Shown here piece after piece: positions 48,261 through 57,724 of a DNA stretch of 64,000 bases. The notes under the pieces are model-generated. The model saw only the letters and a list, made by a program, of their open reading frames with translations, searched no databases and was not told the origin of the DNA. The position numbers and the translations under genes are program-made. The stretch's first letter is position 1. Each line of letters begins with the position of its first letter. Origin of the DNA: Alphaproteobacteria bacterium (GTDB lineage: Bacteria > Pseudomonadota > Alphaproteobacteria > UBA6615); the NCBI GenBank assembly GCA_049601915.1, contig JBMYRB010000002.1:90553-154552 (forward strand). The letters are read 5' to 3'.

Positions 48261-49064
48261 CTACTCCGCCGCAGTCGCGCGCTCCCGCGCGAGTTCCAGC
48301 AGGCAGTCATCGTCGAGGGGTTCGATCGGGGTGAAGTCGCGGTGGGCGATCCATTCCTCGCGCTTGAACTGGCGGATATGATTGTCGACATGGCACAGGC
48401 TCAGATAGACGATCACCCGGCCCCAGGGACTGATGTTCGGCGCCGAGGCATGCACCAGGTTGGAATGGAACAGCAGCACCGAGCCCGGCTTTCCCTTCGG
48501 CGCAATCATGCCGCCTTCTTCGGCCAGCTTCGCGACGCTTTCCTTGTCCAGTGTCCACAGCGGGTATGACGTGGTGGCCAGGTCGTGCCCGGCCTCGATC
48601 ACGCCGTCCTTGTGGCTGCGCGGGATCAGATAAAGCGGGCCGTTGAATTCGGTGACCTCATCGATGAACAGCGCGATGTTCATGGCACGGGCTTCGGGCA
48701 TCTTGTCGTCGCGCGCCCAGGTGCCGTAATCCTGATGCCATTGCCAGACATCGCCGTCGAAGGCGGCCTTCCCGTTGATCTTGTACTGGTGCATGTACAC
48801 GTCGCCGTCGAGCAGCTGCTGCACCGGGCCGATCAGGCGCGGGTGGCGGCCCAGGCGGCGGAACGCCTCGTTGTAGTAATGGGCGGCAAATGCCGTGCGC
48901 ACCGCCTCGCCGTTGGATTCGCGCCAGACTTCATCACGGTCCATCGCGAAGATCTCGGGCAACTCGCCGGACAGGACGTCCATCTCCGCCTGACTGAACA
49001 CGTCGGGCAAAAACACCCAGCCTTCGGTATCGAATTGTTCGAGCTGGTCCTGATTCAATTCCAT
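48261..49064 (-). CDS. PhyH-family Fe(II)/2-oxoglutarate dioxygenase, ectoine-hydroxylase (EctD)-like
   Basis: WQWHQDYGTWARDDKMP aligns with the EctD signature FxWHSDFETWHxEDGMP. HSNLVHAS is the distal His. Start at MELNQ. Confidence 0.65.
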   Translation of the reverse strand: MELNQDQLEQFDTEGWVFLPDVFSQAEMDVLSGELPEIFAMDRDEVWRESNGEAVRTAFAAHYYNEAFRRLGRHPRLIGPVQQLLDGDVYMHQYKINGKAAFDGDVWQWHQDYGTWARDDKMPEARAMNIALFIDEVTEFNGPLYLIPRSHKDGVIEAGHDLATTSYPLWTLDKESVAKLAEEGGMIAPKGKPGSVLLFHSNLVHASAPNISPWGRVIVYLSLCHVDNHIRQFKREEWIAHRDFTPIEPLDDDCLLELARERATAAE

Positions 49065-49227
49065 GGCACGGCTCCCGGCCAATGTATTTGTCGTTCGGGC
49101 GATTATAGCTCGCATGTTGCTGACAGACGAGTAGGTGCGGGCGGTAATCCCTGCAGGGGTATCCCGGCTGGTGACGCGAGGTATTTGTCGCTAGATTCAA
49201 ACGGCTTGCTAACCGCCGGACCGACCG

Positions 49228-49578
49228 ATGCTTTCATACCTGAATCTCGCCCTCGAGCTTACCGCGAGCCCGATCGCATTGGCCGGCTATATCGGGCTTG
49301 GCGTCTACGCCACGACACCTTGGCGGGCGTTTAAGTATGCGTTTCTCTGGGGTTCGGCAGTTCAGATTTTTGCCCTGGCGCTTGGCCGGGTCTCGTTCCT
49401 CGATCTGGAAGGGCTCCTCACCCAGACCTGTCTCAGGCTTGTCGGTGCTTTGATCGTCACCATGGGTGTCTTTTATCTGTATCGCTTGATGCGCCGGCGT
49501 TCCGGCGGCAACGGGCCACGTGACGGCGCGCCTCCGACGCAGGGCCGCAAGCCGTCGCATCTGCGGCGGGTCAAGTAG
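49228..49578 (+). CDS. Hypothetical small membrane protein (3-4 TM)
   Basis: Hydrophobic segments. No homology recognised. Confidence 0.4.
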   Translation: MLSYLNLALELTASPIALAGYIGLGVYATTPWRAFKYAFLWGSAVQIFALALGRVSFLDLEGLLTQTCLRLVGALIVTMGVFYLYRLMRRRSGGNGPRDGAPPTQGRKPSHLRRVK

Positions 49579-50086
49579 TGCCTGCGTGGACGGGCCCCGC
49601 GGCAATAATGTCGCGAGGTCCCGTTCCGGTTCTTTGCGAAGCCGGCGACAATATGAAGCTGCAGGTGCCGCGGGCAATACTTCGGAAGGTGATCCGCCCT
49701 CCACCGGCGGGAAGTTCAGCCTCGAACAGGTCGGAGGCCCGGTCCGGGACATCGATTTGCGGCGTTCGGCTGTCGTTTTCCGTGACCCGGACGAAGCGCT
49801 GCTCGTTCGCGACCAGATAGACACGTTTGTCACCCACGGCGCCGAAGAGGGTCAGCCGGTCGTCGCTGGCGCCTTCGACGATGAAGTCTTGCTGGGAGAA
49901 TTCGATCGTGCCGTCCGGCATGGCGCAGGTGCCATTTGTTTGCAGCTCGTAGCCGCCCTCCAGATCGCGTGGCGGCGTTTCGACGCGCATTCTCTTGCCG
50001 GCGCTCACCACACGCAAGGAGTGCACCGCCGCGGCCAGCAGGATTGGCAAATCGATGGTTTCGCCGTCCGACAAATGAATATTCAT
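49571..50086 (-). CDS. Hypothetical protein: the C-terminal portion of a secreted protein interrupted by an in-frame TAG (see the next feature)
   Basis: In the same frame as ORF 50153..50536 and separated from it only by one TAG plus 22 sense codons. No RBS precedes its ATG. Confidence 0.45.
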   Translation of the reverse strand: MNIHLSDGETIDLPILLAAAVHSLRVVSAGKRMRVETPPRDLEGGYELQTNGTCAMPDGTIEFSQQDFIVEGASDDRLTLFGAVGDKRVYLVANEQRFVRVTENDSRTPQIDVPDRASDLFEAELPAGGGRITFRSIARGTCSFILSPASQRTGTGPRDIIAAGPVHAGTT

Positions 50087-50152
50087 CTGCGCGGTCTGAA
50101 GAACTTGGCCGAACGCCAGGTCGGTCCGGGAGAGAGCTTGCAGGAAACCGGC

Positions 50153-50536
50153 CTACACTTCGACCGAGAAGGTGCCTTCAATACTCGACGCCACAGTGCG
50201 GGGGAGGTCGTCCAGGCTGCTTTTGGCCACACCCTTGCTGATTCCGGATTGGACGGATTGCATGGCCGCGGCGGTCTCGGCACTTTGCGCGGTCATCGTG
50301 TTGAGAGCTGCATTGAGACCCTCGATCCGGGCCGGGTCCTTTGTGCCGTCGTAGTACAGGAATGCAGCGCCGGGCTTGAACATGTCGGCGGGACCTGCGG
50401 GAACTCGCTCGCTCTGACCCTGGCCATGTGCTGTGAGGGCTGGCAAAAACACGACCGCCGCGGACAGGGCCGCGGCGGTTATGAAGTAAGGGACGGATGT
50501 CCCGAGCGCGCGCAGGTGCGCGCCGAATATTTTCAT
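50153..50536 (-). CDS. Hypothetical secreted protein, the N-terminal portion with a signal peptide, ending at an in-frame TAG
   Basis: MKIFGAHLRALGTSVPYFITAAALSAAVVFLPALTAHGQ is a signal peptide. Start at MKIF; the ORF is open to 50653. Confidence 0.5.
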   Translation of the reverse strand: MKIFGAHLRALGTSVPYFITAAALSAAVVFLPALTAHGQGQSERVPAGPADMFKPGAAFLYYDGTKDPARIEGLNAALNTMTAQSAETAAAMQSVQSGISKGVAKSSLDDLPRTVASSIEGTFSVEV

Positions 50537-50550
50537 GTGTTTACGGCCGG

Positions 50551-51330
50551 TCAAATCTGACGTTCCACCATCATCTTCTTGATCTCCGCAATCGCCTTGG
50601 CCGGGTTCAGATGTTTCGGGCAGGTGCGCGTGCAGTTCATGATGGTGTGGCAACGGTACAGGCGGAACGGATCCTCAAGCTGGTCGAGGCGGTCGCCGGT
50701 TGCCTCGTCACGGCTGTCGACAAGCCACCGATAGGCCTGTAGCAGGATAGCCGGGCCCAGATACCGATCTTCGTTCCACCAATAGCTCGGGCAGGATGTG
50801 GAACAGCAGGCGCACAGGACGCATTCCCACATGCCGTCGATCTTGGCTCGGTCTTCGGGGCTCTGCAGGCGTTCGCGCTCGGGGGGCTGACTGTCGGTCT
50901 TGAGCCAGGGCTCGATCTGCCGGTACTGGGCGAAGAAATGGGTCTGGTCGGGCACCAGATCCTTGATCACCGACTGATGGGGGAGCGGATAGACCCGCAT
51001 GTCCTTCTTCGCGTCGGCGATATATTTGGTGCAGGCCAGCGTGTTGGTGCCATCGATGTTCATCGCGCACGAGCCGCATACACCCTCGCGGCATGACCGC
51101 CGGAAGGTGAGCGTCGGATCGACCTCATTCTTGATCTTGATAAGCGCGTCCAGAACCATCGGTCCGCAATCGTCGAGATCGATATGGTAGGTGTCGATCC
51201 TCGGATTTTCGCCGCTGTCCGGGGACCAGCGGTAAATCTTGAAGGCCTTGGTGTTGGTCGCGCCCGCGGGCTTGGGCCATTCCTTGCCTTCGGTCACTTT
51301 GGAATTCTTAGGCAGCGTAAACTCAGCCAT
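50551..51330 (-). CDS. sdhB: Succinate dehydrogenase iron-sulfur subunit
   Basis: Cys clusters for 2Fe-2S, 4Fe-4S and 3Fe-4S ([15 protein letters not shown]; [12 protein letters not shown]). Confidence 0.95.
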   Translation of the reverse strand: MAEFTLPKNSKVTEGKEWPKPAGATNTKAFKIYRWSPDSGENPRIDTYHIDLDDCGPMVLDALIKIKNEVDPTLTFRRSCREGVCGSCAMNIDGTNTLACTKYIADAKKDMRVYPLPHQSVIKDLVPDQTHFFAQYRQIEPWLKTDSQPPERERLQSPEDRAKIDGMWECVLCACCSTSCPSYWWNEDRYLGPAILLQAYRWLVDSRDEATGDRLDQLEDPFRLYRCHTIMNCTRTCPKHLNPAKAIAEIKKMMVERQI

Positions 51331-51361
51331 GTCTTAAATTCTCCTCGTCGCCGGGGTCGGC

Positions 51362-53155
51362 CTAGTAGGACCGCACCTTCGGCGGGAAGCTCTGGACTTC
51401 GTTGGTCATTGTCTGGAGGTGCACCGGGCGATATTTGAGGTCGACCTTGCCCTTCTCGTCGACCCAGGCAAGCGTGTGCTTCATCCAGTCATCGTCGTTT
51501 CGATCGGGGAAGTCTTCCCGGGCATGCGCGCCGCGGCTTTCTTCGCGCTCCTTCGCGCCGTTCATCGTGATCACCGCCTGCATCATCAGATTCTCGAGCT
51601 CGAGAGTTTCGACCAAGTCGGAATTCCAGATCAGCGAGTCATCGGACACGTTCAGATCGTCGCGCGCGCCCCAGAGCTCGTCCAGTTTGCTCGCACCTTC
51701 CTGCAAGACCTCGCCGGTGCGGAACACGGCGCAGTTGTTCTGCATCGTGCGTTGCATCTCGAGGCGCAGCTTCGCGGTCGGCGTGCCGCCAGAGGCGTGG
51801 CGCAGCTTGTCGAAGCGCGCGAGCGCCTCATCGCCGGCGCCTTCGGGAAGCGGTTCGTGCGGCGTGCCCGGTGTGACCAGTTCGGCCGCGCGCAGCGCTG
51901 CGGCCCGGCCGAAGACGACTAGGTCGAGCAGCGAGTTCGAGCCCAGTCGGTTGGCGCCATGTACCGAAACGCTGGCCGCCTCGCCGATGGCCATCAGGCC
52001 GGGCGTGATCGCCTCGGGATCGTCCTCTGTCCAGGTCCGGACTTGGCCCTGATAGGTCGTCGGGATGCCGCCCATATTGTAGTGGCAGGTCGGCAGGACC
52101 GGGATCGGCTCCTTGGTCACATCGACACCGGCGAAAATGCGCGCTGTCTCAGAAATACCCGGCAGGCGCTGGGCCAGCACGTCGGGGTCGAGATGTTCGA
52201 GATGGAGATGGATATGATCTTTCTCGTCACCGACGCCACGACCCTCCCGCATCTCGATGGTCATCGAACGACTGACAACATCGCGGCTGGCGAGATCCTT
52301 GGCCGACGGGGCATAGCGTTCCATGAACCGCTCGCCCTCGGAGTTGGTCAGGTAGCCGCCTTCGCCGCGTGATCCTTCGGTGATCAGCGCGCCGGCGCCG
52401 TAAATCCCCGTCGGGTGGAATTGTACGAACTCCATGTCCTCCAGCGGCAGTCCGGCGCGCGCGACCATCGCGTTGCCGTCGCCCGTGCAGGTGTGCGCGG
52501 AGGTGGCCGAGAAATAGGCCCTGCCGTAGCCGCCGGTCGCCATGCATACGAGGTGTCCGCGAAAGCGGTGCATGGTGCCATCGGCCAGATTCCAGGCCAT
52601 AACGCCGCGGCATTTACCGTCTTCCATGATCAGGTCGAGGGCGAAATACTCAATGAAGAATTCGGCGTTGTAGCGCAGCGATTGCTGATACAGCGTGTGC
52701 AGGATCGCGTGGCCGGTTCGGTCGGCCGCCGCGCAGGTGCGCTGGGCCGTACCTTCGCCATAGTTCGTGGTCATGCCGCCAAAGGGGCGCTGGTAGATCT
52801 TGCCCGCTTCGGTTCGGCTGAACGGCACGCCCTGATGCTCAAGTTCGATGATCGCTGGGATCGCTTCGCGCACCATGTATTCGATGGCGTCCTGATCGCC
52901 CAGCCAGTCCGACCCCTTGACGGTGTCGTACATGTGCCAGCGCCAGTCATCCTCGCCCATATTGCCGAGCGCCGCCGAAATACCTCCCTGAGCCGCCACC
53001 GTGTGGGAGCGTGTGGGAAACACTTTCGAGATGCATGCCGTTTTCAGGCCCTGGTTCGCCATGCCGAATGTGGCACGCAACCCGGCACCGCCCGCGCCCA
53101 CGACAATAACGTCGTAGTCATGGTCGATGATCTCATAATCGCCGTTGGTCGCCAT
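51362..53155 (-). CDS. sdhA: Succinate dehydrogenase flavoprotein subunit
   Basis: [14 protein letters not shown] motif and the covalent-FAD His region. Confidence 0.95.
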   Translation of the reverse strand: MATNGDYEIIDHDYDVIVVGAGGAGLRATFGMANQGLKTACISKVFPTRSHTVAAQGGISAALGNMGEDDWRWHMYDTVKGSDWLGDQDAIEYMVREAIPAIIELEHQGVPFSRTEAGKIYQRPFGGMTTNYGEGTAQRTCAAADRTGHAILHTLYQQSLRYNAEFFIEYFALDLIMEDGKCRGVMAWNLADGTMHRFRGHLVCMATGGYGRAYFSATSAHTCTGDGNAMVARAGLPLEDMEFVQFHPTGIYGAGALITEGSRGEGGYLTNSEGERFMERYAPSAKDLASRDVVSRSMTIEMREGRGVGDEKDHIHLHLEHLDPDVLAQRLPGISETARIFAGVDVTKEPIPVLPTCHYNMGGIPTTYQGQVRTWTEDDPEAITPGLMAIGEAASVSVHGANRLGSNSLLDLVVFGRAAALRAAELVTPGTPHEPLPEGAGDEALARFDKLRHASGGTPTAKLRLEMQRTMQNNCAVFRTGEVLQEGASKLDELWGARDDLNVSDDSLIWNSDLVETLELENLMMQAVITMNGAKEREESRGAHAREDFPDRNDDDWMKHTLAWVDEKGKVDLKYRPVHLQTMTNEVQSFPPKVRSY

Positions 53156-53165
53156 CGTTAACCCC

Positions 53166-53543
53166 TTAATTCAATGCGATTGCGATCACGGCGTAGACAG
53201 AGGCGACGCCAAGGAAAATGGCTGCGCCTTTGACCGCGATGATCAGGCCCACTTCGAGCCAGCGTGTGTGGATGTAGTCCTCGATCACCACCGTCAGGCC
53301 GAGTTGCCCATGATGGAATGTGGCGACGATCAGAAGGATAAGCAGAACCGAGTTGATCGGGCTGCTTATAAAATCGGTGGCCGCCGCGTGGTCGGCGCCA
53401 GTAACAATAATCATGGACACCACGAACCAGATCACGAGCGGGATCAATGCCAGCGCTGTGAGCCGCTGTGCCCACCAATGGCTGGTGCCGCTCTTGGCGG
53501 TTCCGAGGCCGCGTGCGCGGCTCAGGGGGGAGCGCATGTTCAT
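53166..53543 (-). CDS. sdhD: Succinate dehydrogenase membrane anchor subunit
   Basis: About 126 aa with 3 TM helices and [14 protein letters not shown]. Start at MNM, supported by a GGAGGG RBS. Confidence 0.8.
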   Translation of the reverse strand: MNMRSPLSRARGLGTAKSGTSHWWAQRLTALALIPLVIWFVVSMIIVTGADHAAATDFISSPINSVLLILLIVATFHHGQLGLTVVIEDYIHTRWLEVGLIIAVKGAAIFLGVASVYAVIAIALN

Positions 53544-53545
53544 CT

Positions 53546-53941
53546 CTAGAGCCCTCCGAGGCTGGCGTAACCAACGACCCAGCTGATGACGGTGAGCACG
53601 GTTGCGGCAACCACCACCAGCCAGGCAGAAGCGAATGCGGTACTCAGTTCGAATCCCTTGCCGGCGTCCCAGACCAGATGCCGGATTCCATTGCAGAGGT
53701 GATAGTAGAGCGCAAAGCTCCATGCGAGCAGCAGGATTCGCCCGATGACCGAGCCAATGAATTTCTGCACCACGTCAAATTCCGTGGGTCCTGCGGCGGC
53801 GGCGATCAGCCACCAGACCAAAAGCAGTGTGCCGATGGCGAGGCCGATACCCGTGATGCGATGAAGGATCGAAAGCACCGATGTGAACTGCGGGCGATAG
53901 ACCTGAAGGTGCGGCGATAGCGGTCTGTTGTCGGTCGCCAT
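53546..53941 (-). CDS. sdhC: Succinate dehydrogenase cytochrome b556 subunit
   Basis: MATDNRPLSPHLQVYRPQ... start with 3 TM helices. The ORF is open to 54154, but the upstream part is not protein-like. Confidence 0.85.
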   Translation of the reverse strand: MATDNRPLSPHLQVYRPQFTSVLSILHRITGIGLAIGTLLLVWWLIAAAAGPTEFDVVQKFIGSVIGRILLLAWSFALYYHLCNGIRHLVWDAGKGFELSTAFASAWLVVVAATVLTVISWVVGYASLGGL

Positions 53942-53966
53942 GAGGCCCCCTGACTTTGCTGCGAAG

Positions 53967-53999
53967 CCGGAACCAGGTAAATGGTTCCGGTGGTTTTCC
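53967..53999. promoter_or_regulatory. Perfect 9-bp GC-rich hairpin (CCGGAACCA-GGTAAA-TGGTTCCGG) followed by TGGTTTTCC. It lies in the sdhC 5' leader and looks like a terminator on the plus strand.
   Basis: An inverted repeat read directly from the sequence. Its function is unknown. Confidence 0.35.
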
Positions 54000-55302
54000 G
54001 TGTGCCGCGAGCCGCCAAACAGTCGTTCGTGACGGTCACGTGCGTATGTGTTTCCAGAAAGCAGATTTAGACCCCCGCCCCCCGTTTCGTCAATGACACT
54101 GCCGCGCGCAACAGCTTGGATCGACGGGCACAGCGTCCGGGTCGTGGGTGGCATGTGGAAAACCTGTGGAGGAGTTGTGATCTACCGGGTGAGTTTTGCA
54201 CAAGAATCTGGATGCCGGGGTCGATTGGACATTGCCGCCCTTGCTGTGGAGGTCGAACATGTCCGTGCACGCATTGACGTGTCGACGGGTTTTCGTCGGG
54301 TCCGATTAGCCGCTCTGCGGTTGGCGCGGACAGGTTCGGAACGGCCACCAGGGGGCGGGCCGAATCGACGGGAACCGAACGCCGGATCAACGGGGTTGCC
54401 GCAAGGTGGCACCAGGTCGGGGGGAAAGTCGGCGGATGGACATGATCCTTCGGGATCGATCGCCTCGGTAGATGTTCATTCATGTGTTCGGTCCGATACA
54501 TGGGTAACCATGCGACGGTCAGGGCACGGTCGGCAGACCAGACGGAGGTGTACTTCCTCGGAAGAACGCCGCCAGAGGTCGGCCGGTAAGGAAGGCACCG
54601 TTGCGCAATCTAGCGGTCTTTCCGGCAGCGCAAGCTCCTCGGAGCGCGCGCTCCGCCCGGATGCCAGCTTCGGCCGGCTCGGGGCGAAGGAAGGACGGCA
54701 GCGTTTCGTTATCCAGGCTCTCGCCGGCCAGGAATTCGAGACGACGGCCGGTCGGAAGCTTCGGTTCTTCGGAGCCGCGGCGACCAATCGGGCGGGTTTG
54801 CAGGACGGCGGCTGACCGGGGCTTCGATCCCCTCGGGGGCGGTATAGGACGTGTAAAAGCGGACGGTACCGGAAAAGCGAAGCGCGATGGACGACGTATC
54901 GGCCAGGGGTGCGTCCCACGCGCGGAGCGATGAGAAGCTGGATGTCGGTGTGGGTATTGGGTCGAAGCCGGTGGGGCGCAAGCCCGGCGGGTGGGACCTG
55001 AAAGGTCTGAAGTCCCGGGGGTAACCTGGGGTTGGAAGATCGAGGAAGGCGTCAGGCGTCACGGGCTCCGCGTCCATGCACCTGGCGCCTTCTTCATTTC
55101 CGCAAGCTGCGCGTCGGGCCGTGCGAGACCTATCGGGAAACGAAAAGAGCCCGGTGCTTTCGCACCAGGCCCTTTCTCAGGCGTCTTAGGCCGGGCTCCG
55201 CATCCAGGCAGATCGATATTCGACAGGTATCAATGGCGTTTCGCGTCGGTCAAACGAATTCTTGTGCTGGCGCCGCGACAAGCGCAAAACCGATACCCAG
55301 CG

Positions 55303-56181
55303 ATGCATATTCTTTCGATCCAGTCTCAAGTGGTGTTTGGGCATGTCGGCAATTCGGCCGCTACATTCCCGCTTCAGTGTCTTGGGCATGAAGTCTGGTC
55401 CGTTCCCACAGCGATCCTCTCGAATCATGCCGGCTACCCGGACGTTGGCGGTCAGGTCTTGCCGCCCGAAATCCTCTCGGATTTGCTCCGCGGGCTTGGT
55501 CATCGCGGAGTTTTCTCGAATTGCGACCTCATGCTCACTGGCTACCTGGGCAATTTGGATATTGCAGCGTTGGTCATGCAAACTGTGGGGCATGTCCGGG
55601 CGGCCAATCCGGACATGATCTATTGCTGCGACCCGGTCATGGGCGATGACGGGTCCGGAGTTTATGTGGATGCGGCGCTGCCGGATCATTTTCGGGCAAC
55701 AGCGCTACCGGTTGCCGATGTGACAACCCCCAACTTGTATGAACTTTCGCTTTTGTGCGGCCTCGAACCGGGGGGCTTGAATGCTGCGCCCGTCCGCGAA
55801 ATCGTGGAGGTGGGCCGCAAGCTTTTGGCGCATATGCGGCCGGGTGCTGTTGTCATGGTGACCAGTGCCGAATATCGAGAACTGGATCCCATGCGCGTGG
55901 CGGTCGTGGCATTTAGAGACTCGGAGGCCTGGTGCGTGGAGACTCCCCGGTTGGTCTTCGCGTCGGAACCGCATGGCGCGGGCGATCTACTTAGCGCCCT
56001 TTTTGCGACGTCCGTCGCCACCCGTTGTCCGCTCGCCGGGGCGCTGGAAGATAGCGTGGCTGCCGTCTTCGCCATTCTATCGGAGACCGCGCGGCGGGGC
56101 GGTGCAGAGCTCGAGCTGGTCGCAGCACGCGATGCGATCGCACCACCGGTGCATCATTTCGTCGCGCGATCGATCGACTGA
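55303..56181 (+). CDS. pdxY: Pyridoxal/pyridoxamine kinase
   Basis: MHILSIQSQVVFGHVGNSAATFPLQCLG matches the PdxY N-terminus. Ribokinase fold. Confidence 0.85.
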   Translation: MHILSIQSQVVFGHVGNSAATFPLQCLGHEVWSVPTAILSNHAGYPDVGGQVLPPEILSDLLRGLGHRGVFSNCDLMLTGYLGNLDIAALVMQTVGHVRAANPDMIYCCDPVMGDDGSGVYVDAALPDHFRATALPVADVTTPNLYELSLLCGLEPGGLNAAPVREIVEVGRKLLAHMRPGAVVMVTSAEYRELDPMRVAVVAFRDSEAWCVETPRLVFASEPHGAGDLLSALFATSVATRCPLAGALEDSVAAVFAILSETARRGGAELELVAARDAIAPPVHHFVARSID

Positions 56182-56279
56182 TCTGGTCCGGTTTTTTACT
56201 GCGACCTTAATCTGCTAAGAACGGTTGGGGGATGGCGCGCCGCTAGGCGACGCATATCGGGGAACAGGGACAAAGTACT

Positions 56280-56936
56280 TTGGTCGTAACTGATTACATT
56301 CTGATCCAGGGTATTGTGTTCGGATTCTTCCTCGCACTGCCGGTGGGGCCGGTCGGCGTTCTATGCGTTCAGCGCACCCTGTCACAGGGCCGCATGCACG
56401 GCCTTATTTCCGGGCTCGGGGCCGCTTTTGGAGACGCACTTTACGGCGCGGTTGCTGCCTTCGGAATCTCGGCAGTGGAAGATTGGATTACGGGTCACCA
56501 GGGCGGACTGCGCCTTGTGGGTGGCACAGTGCTCCTGCTCCTGGCGCTGCGAACGGTTGCTCCGATGTTGCGTGCCCGCCCGGTCACCGATGGTACAAAC
56601 GAAAAAATTCAGCGGCGGATCGAAACCCATAGTCTGGTGAATGACTTCCTGTCGACATTCATGCTGGCAATTACCAATCCCATAACCTTCATTGCTTTTG
56701 CCGGCTTGCTGGCGACACTCGGCTTTACCGAGGCCGGCCGCTCCATCGGCAATGCCTCGATCCTGGTTGCGGGTGTTTTTGCCGGGTCGGCGCTGTGGTG
56801 GATCGCGCTCTCGACAACCGCGAACCTTTTCCGACCGATCGTCGACGGATCCTATCAACTCTGGATGGATCGGATCGTCGCCCTCTTGCTCGCCGGTTTC
56901 GGGATATACGCCCTGCTGACATCCTTCTTCTATTAG
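56280..56936 (+). CDS. LysE/RhtB-family amino-acid exporter
   Basis: 6-TM profile with the LysE N-terminal motif (FFLALPVGPVGVLCVQRTL). TTG start. Confidence 0.7.
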   Translation: MVVTDYILIQGIVFGFFLALPVGPVGVLCVQRTLSQGRMHGLISGLGAAFGDALYGAVAAFGISAVEDWITGHQGGLRLVGGTVLLLLALRTVAPMLRARPVTDGTNEKIQRRIETHSLVNDFLSTFMLAITNPITFIAFAGLLATLGFTEAGRSIGNASILVAGVFAGSALWWIALSTTANLFRPIVDGSYQLWMDRIVALLLAGFGIYALLTSFFY

Positions 56937-56963
56937 ACGCAGGTCCCGAAGTTTCGTGCGCGA

Positions 56964-57566
56964 TCAAGCTTCCGGGTCGGTCTCGATCATGGACGGGCGT
57001 TCGGCAAAGGTCGCGTACCAAGCCGCGAGTATCGGTCGGCTGGCGCGCCAGTCGGTTTCGGCAAATCTGAAGTCCCGGTAGCCGAGCGCGCAGGCCACCG
57101 CGACCTGTCCGATGGTGACTGGTCCGCTGAGATCGTTGGCTTCCGCCTCGAGCTGGTCCAGGGCGGCATTGACGGAGAGTTCCTGGCGGTCGACCAGCTT
57201 GGCGGATACCGCGTCACCCTCGTGGAACATGCCTTCCATTCGCACGACGACCGACGCGTCGAGGGTGCCGTCTGCGGCTGCGATCTGGCGCAACGCGGTC
57301 CACCGAGCGGGGCCCGGGTCCGGGAAGATTTGGGTTGTGCCATGAGAGTCCAGATATTCGCAGACCAGGTTGGATTGATAGAGCGGCGGCCCGTCGTCGC
57401 GTATCAGGGCCGGTACCTTTCCCACCGGGTTCACGTCACGGTATCCGGCCGGGTCTTCCCAGGGGAGTATCCCCTCGAGTTCGAGTTCGTCGCCGACGCC
57501 GGATTCGATCGCGGCGACCCGGGCCTTTCGCGCATAGGGAGAGGCGGCGGAGTAAATGAGTTTCAT
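56964..57566 (-). CDS. Glutathione S-transferase
   Basis: Thioredoxin-like N-terminus (MKLIYSAASPYARKARVA...VPAL) and a GST C-terminal domain. Confidence 0.75.
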   Translation of the reverse strand: MKLIYSAASPYARKARVAAIESGVGDELELEGILPWEDPAGYRDVNPVGKVPALIRDDGPPLYQSNLVCEYLDSHGTTQIFPDPGPARWTALRQIAAADGTLDASVVVRMEGMFHEGDAVSAKLVDRQELSVNAALDQLEAEANDLSGPVTIGQVAVACALGYRDFRFAETDWRASRPILAAWYATFAERPSMIETDPEA

Positions 57567-57724
57567 GGCTTCCTCGCTGGGCCGGGCGACCGAATGCTCT
57601 TTGGTGGGGTTCAATTCCGGTCGGCAGGATACACGGCGGCGAAACCGAACAGAACTGCGTTTGAAACAGACTTGCCAGTTTCGTGCAGGCACTCATGGTG
57701 AACGCTTGTGTTAATGTAGCGGCC

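Noticed and set aside
53942-55302. RNase P RNA, tmRNA, SRP RNA or 6S RNA in the large sdhC-pdxY gap
   Set aside because: I looked for RNase P P4 strands (GGAAAGUCCGGGCUCC / ACAGAACCCGGCUUA), a tmRNA tag reading frame and the SRP domain IV motif on both strands. Only weak partial resemblances were found, for example GAAGTCCCGGGGG. No call was made.
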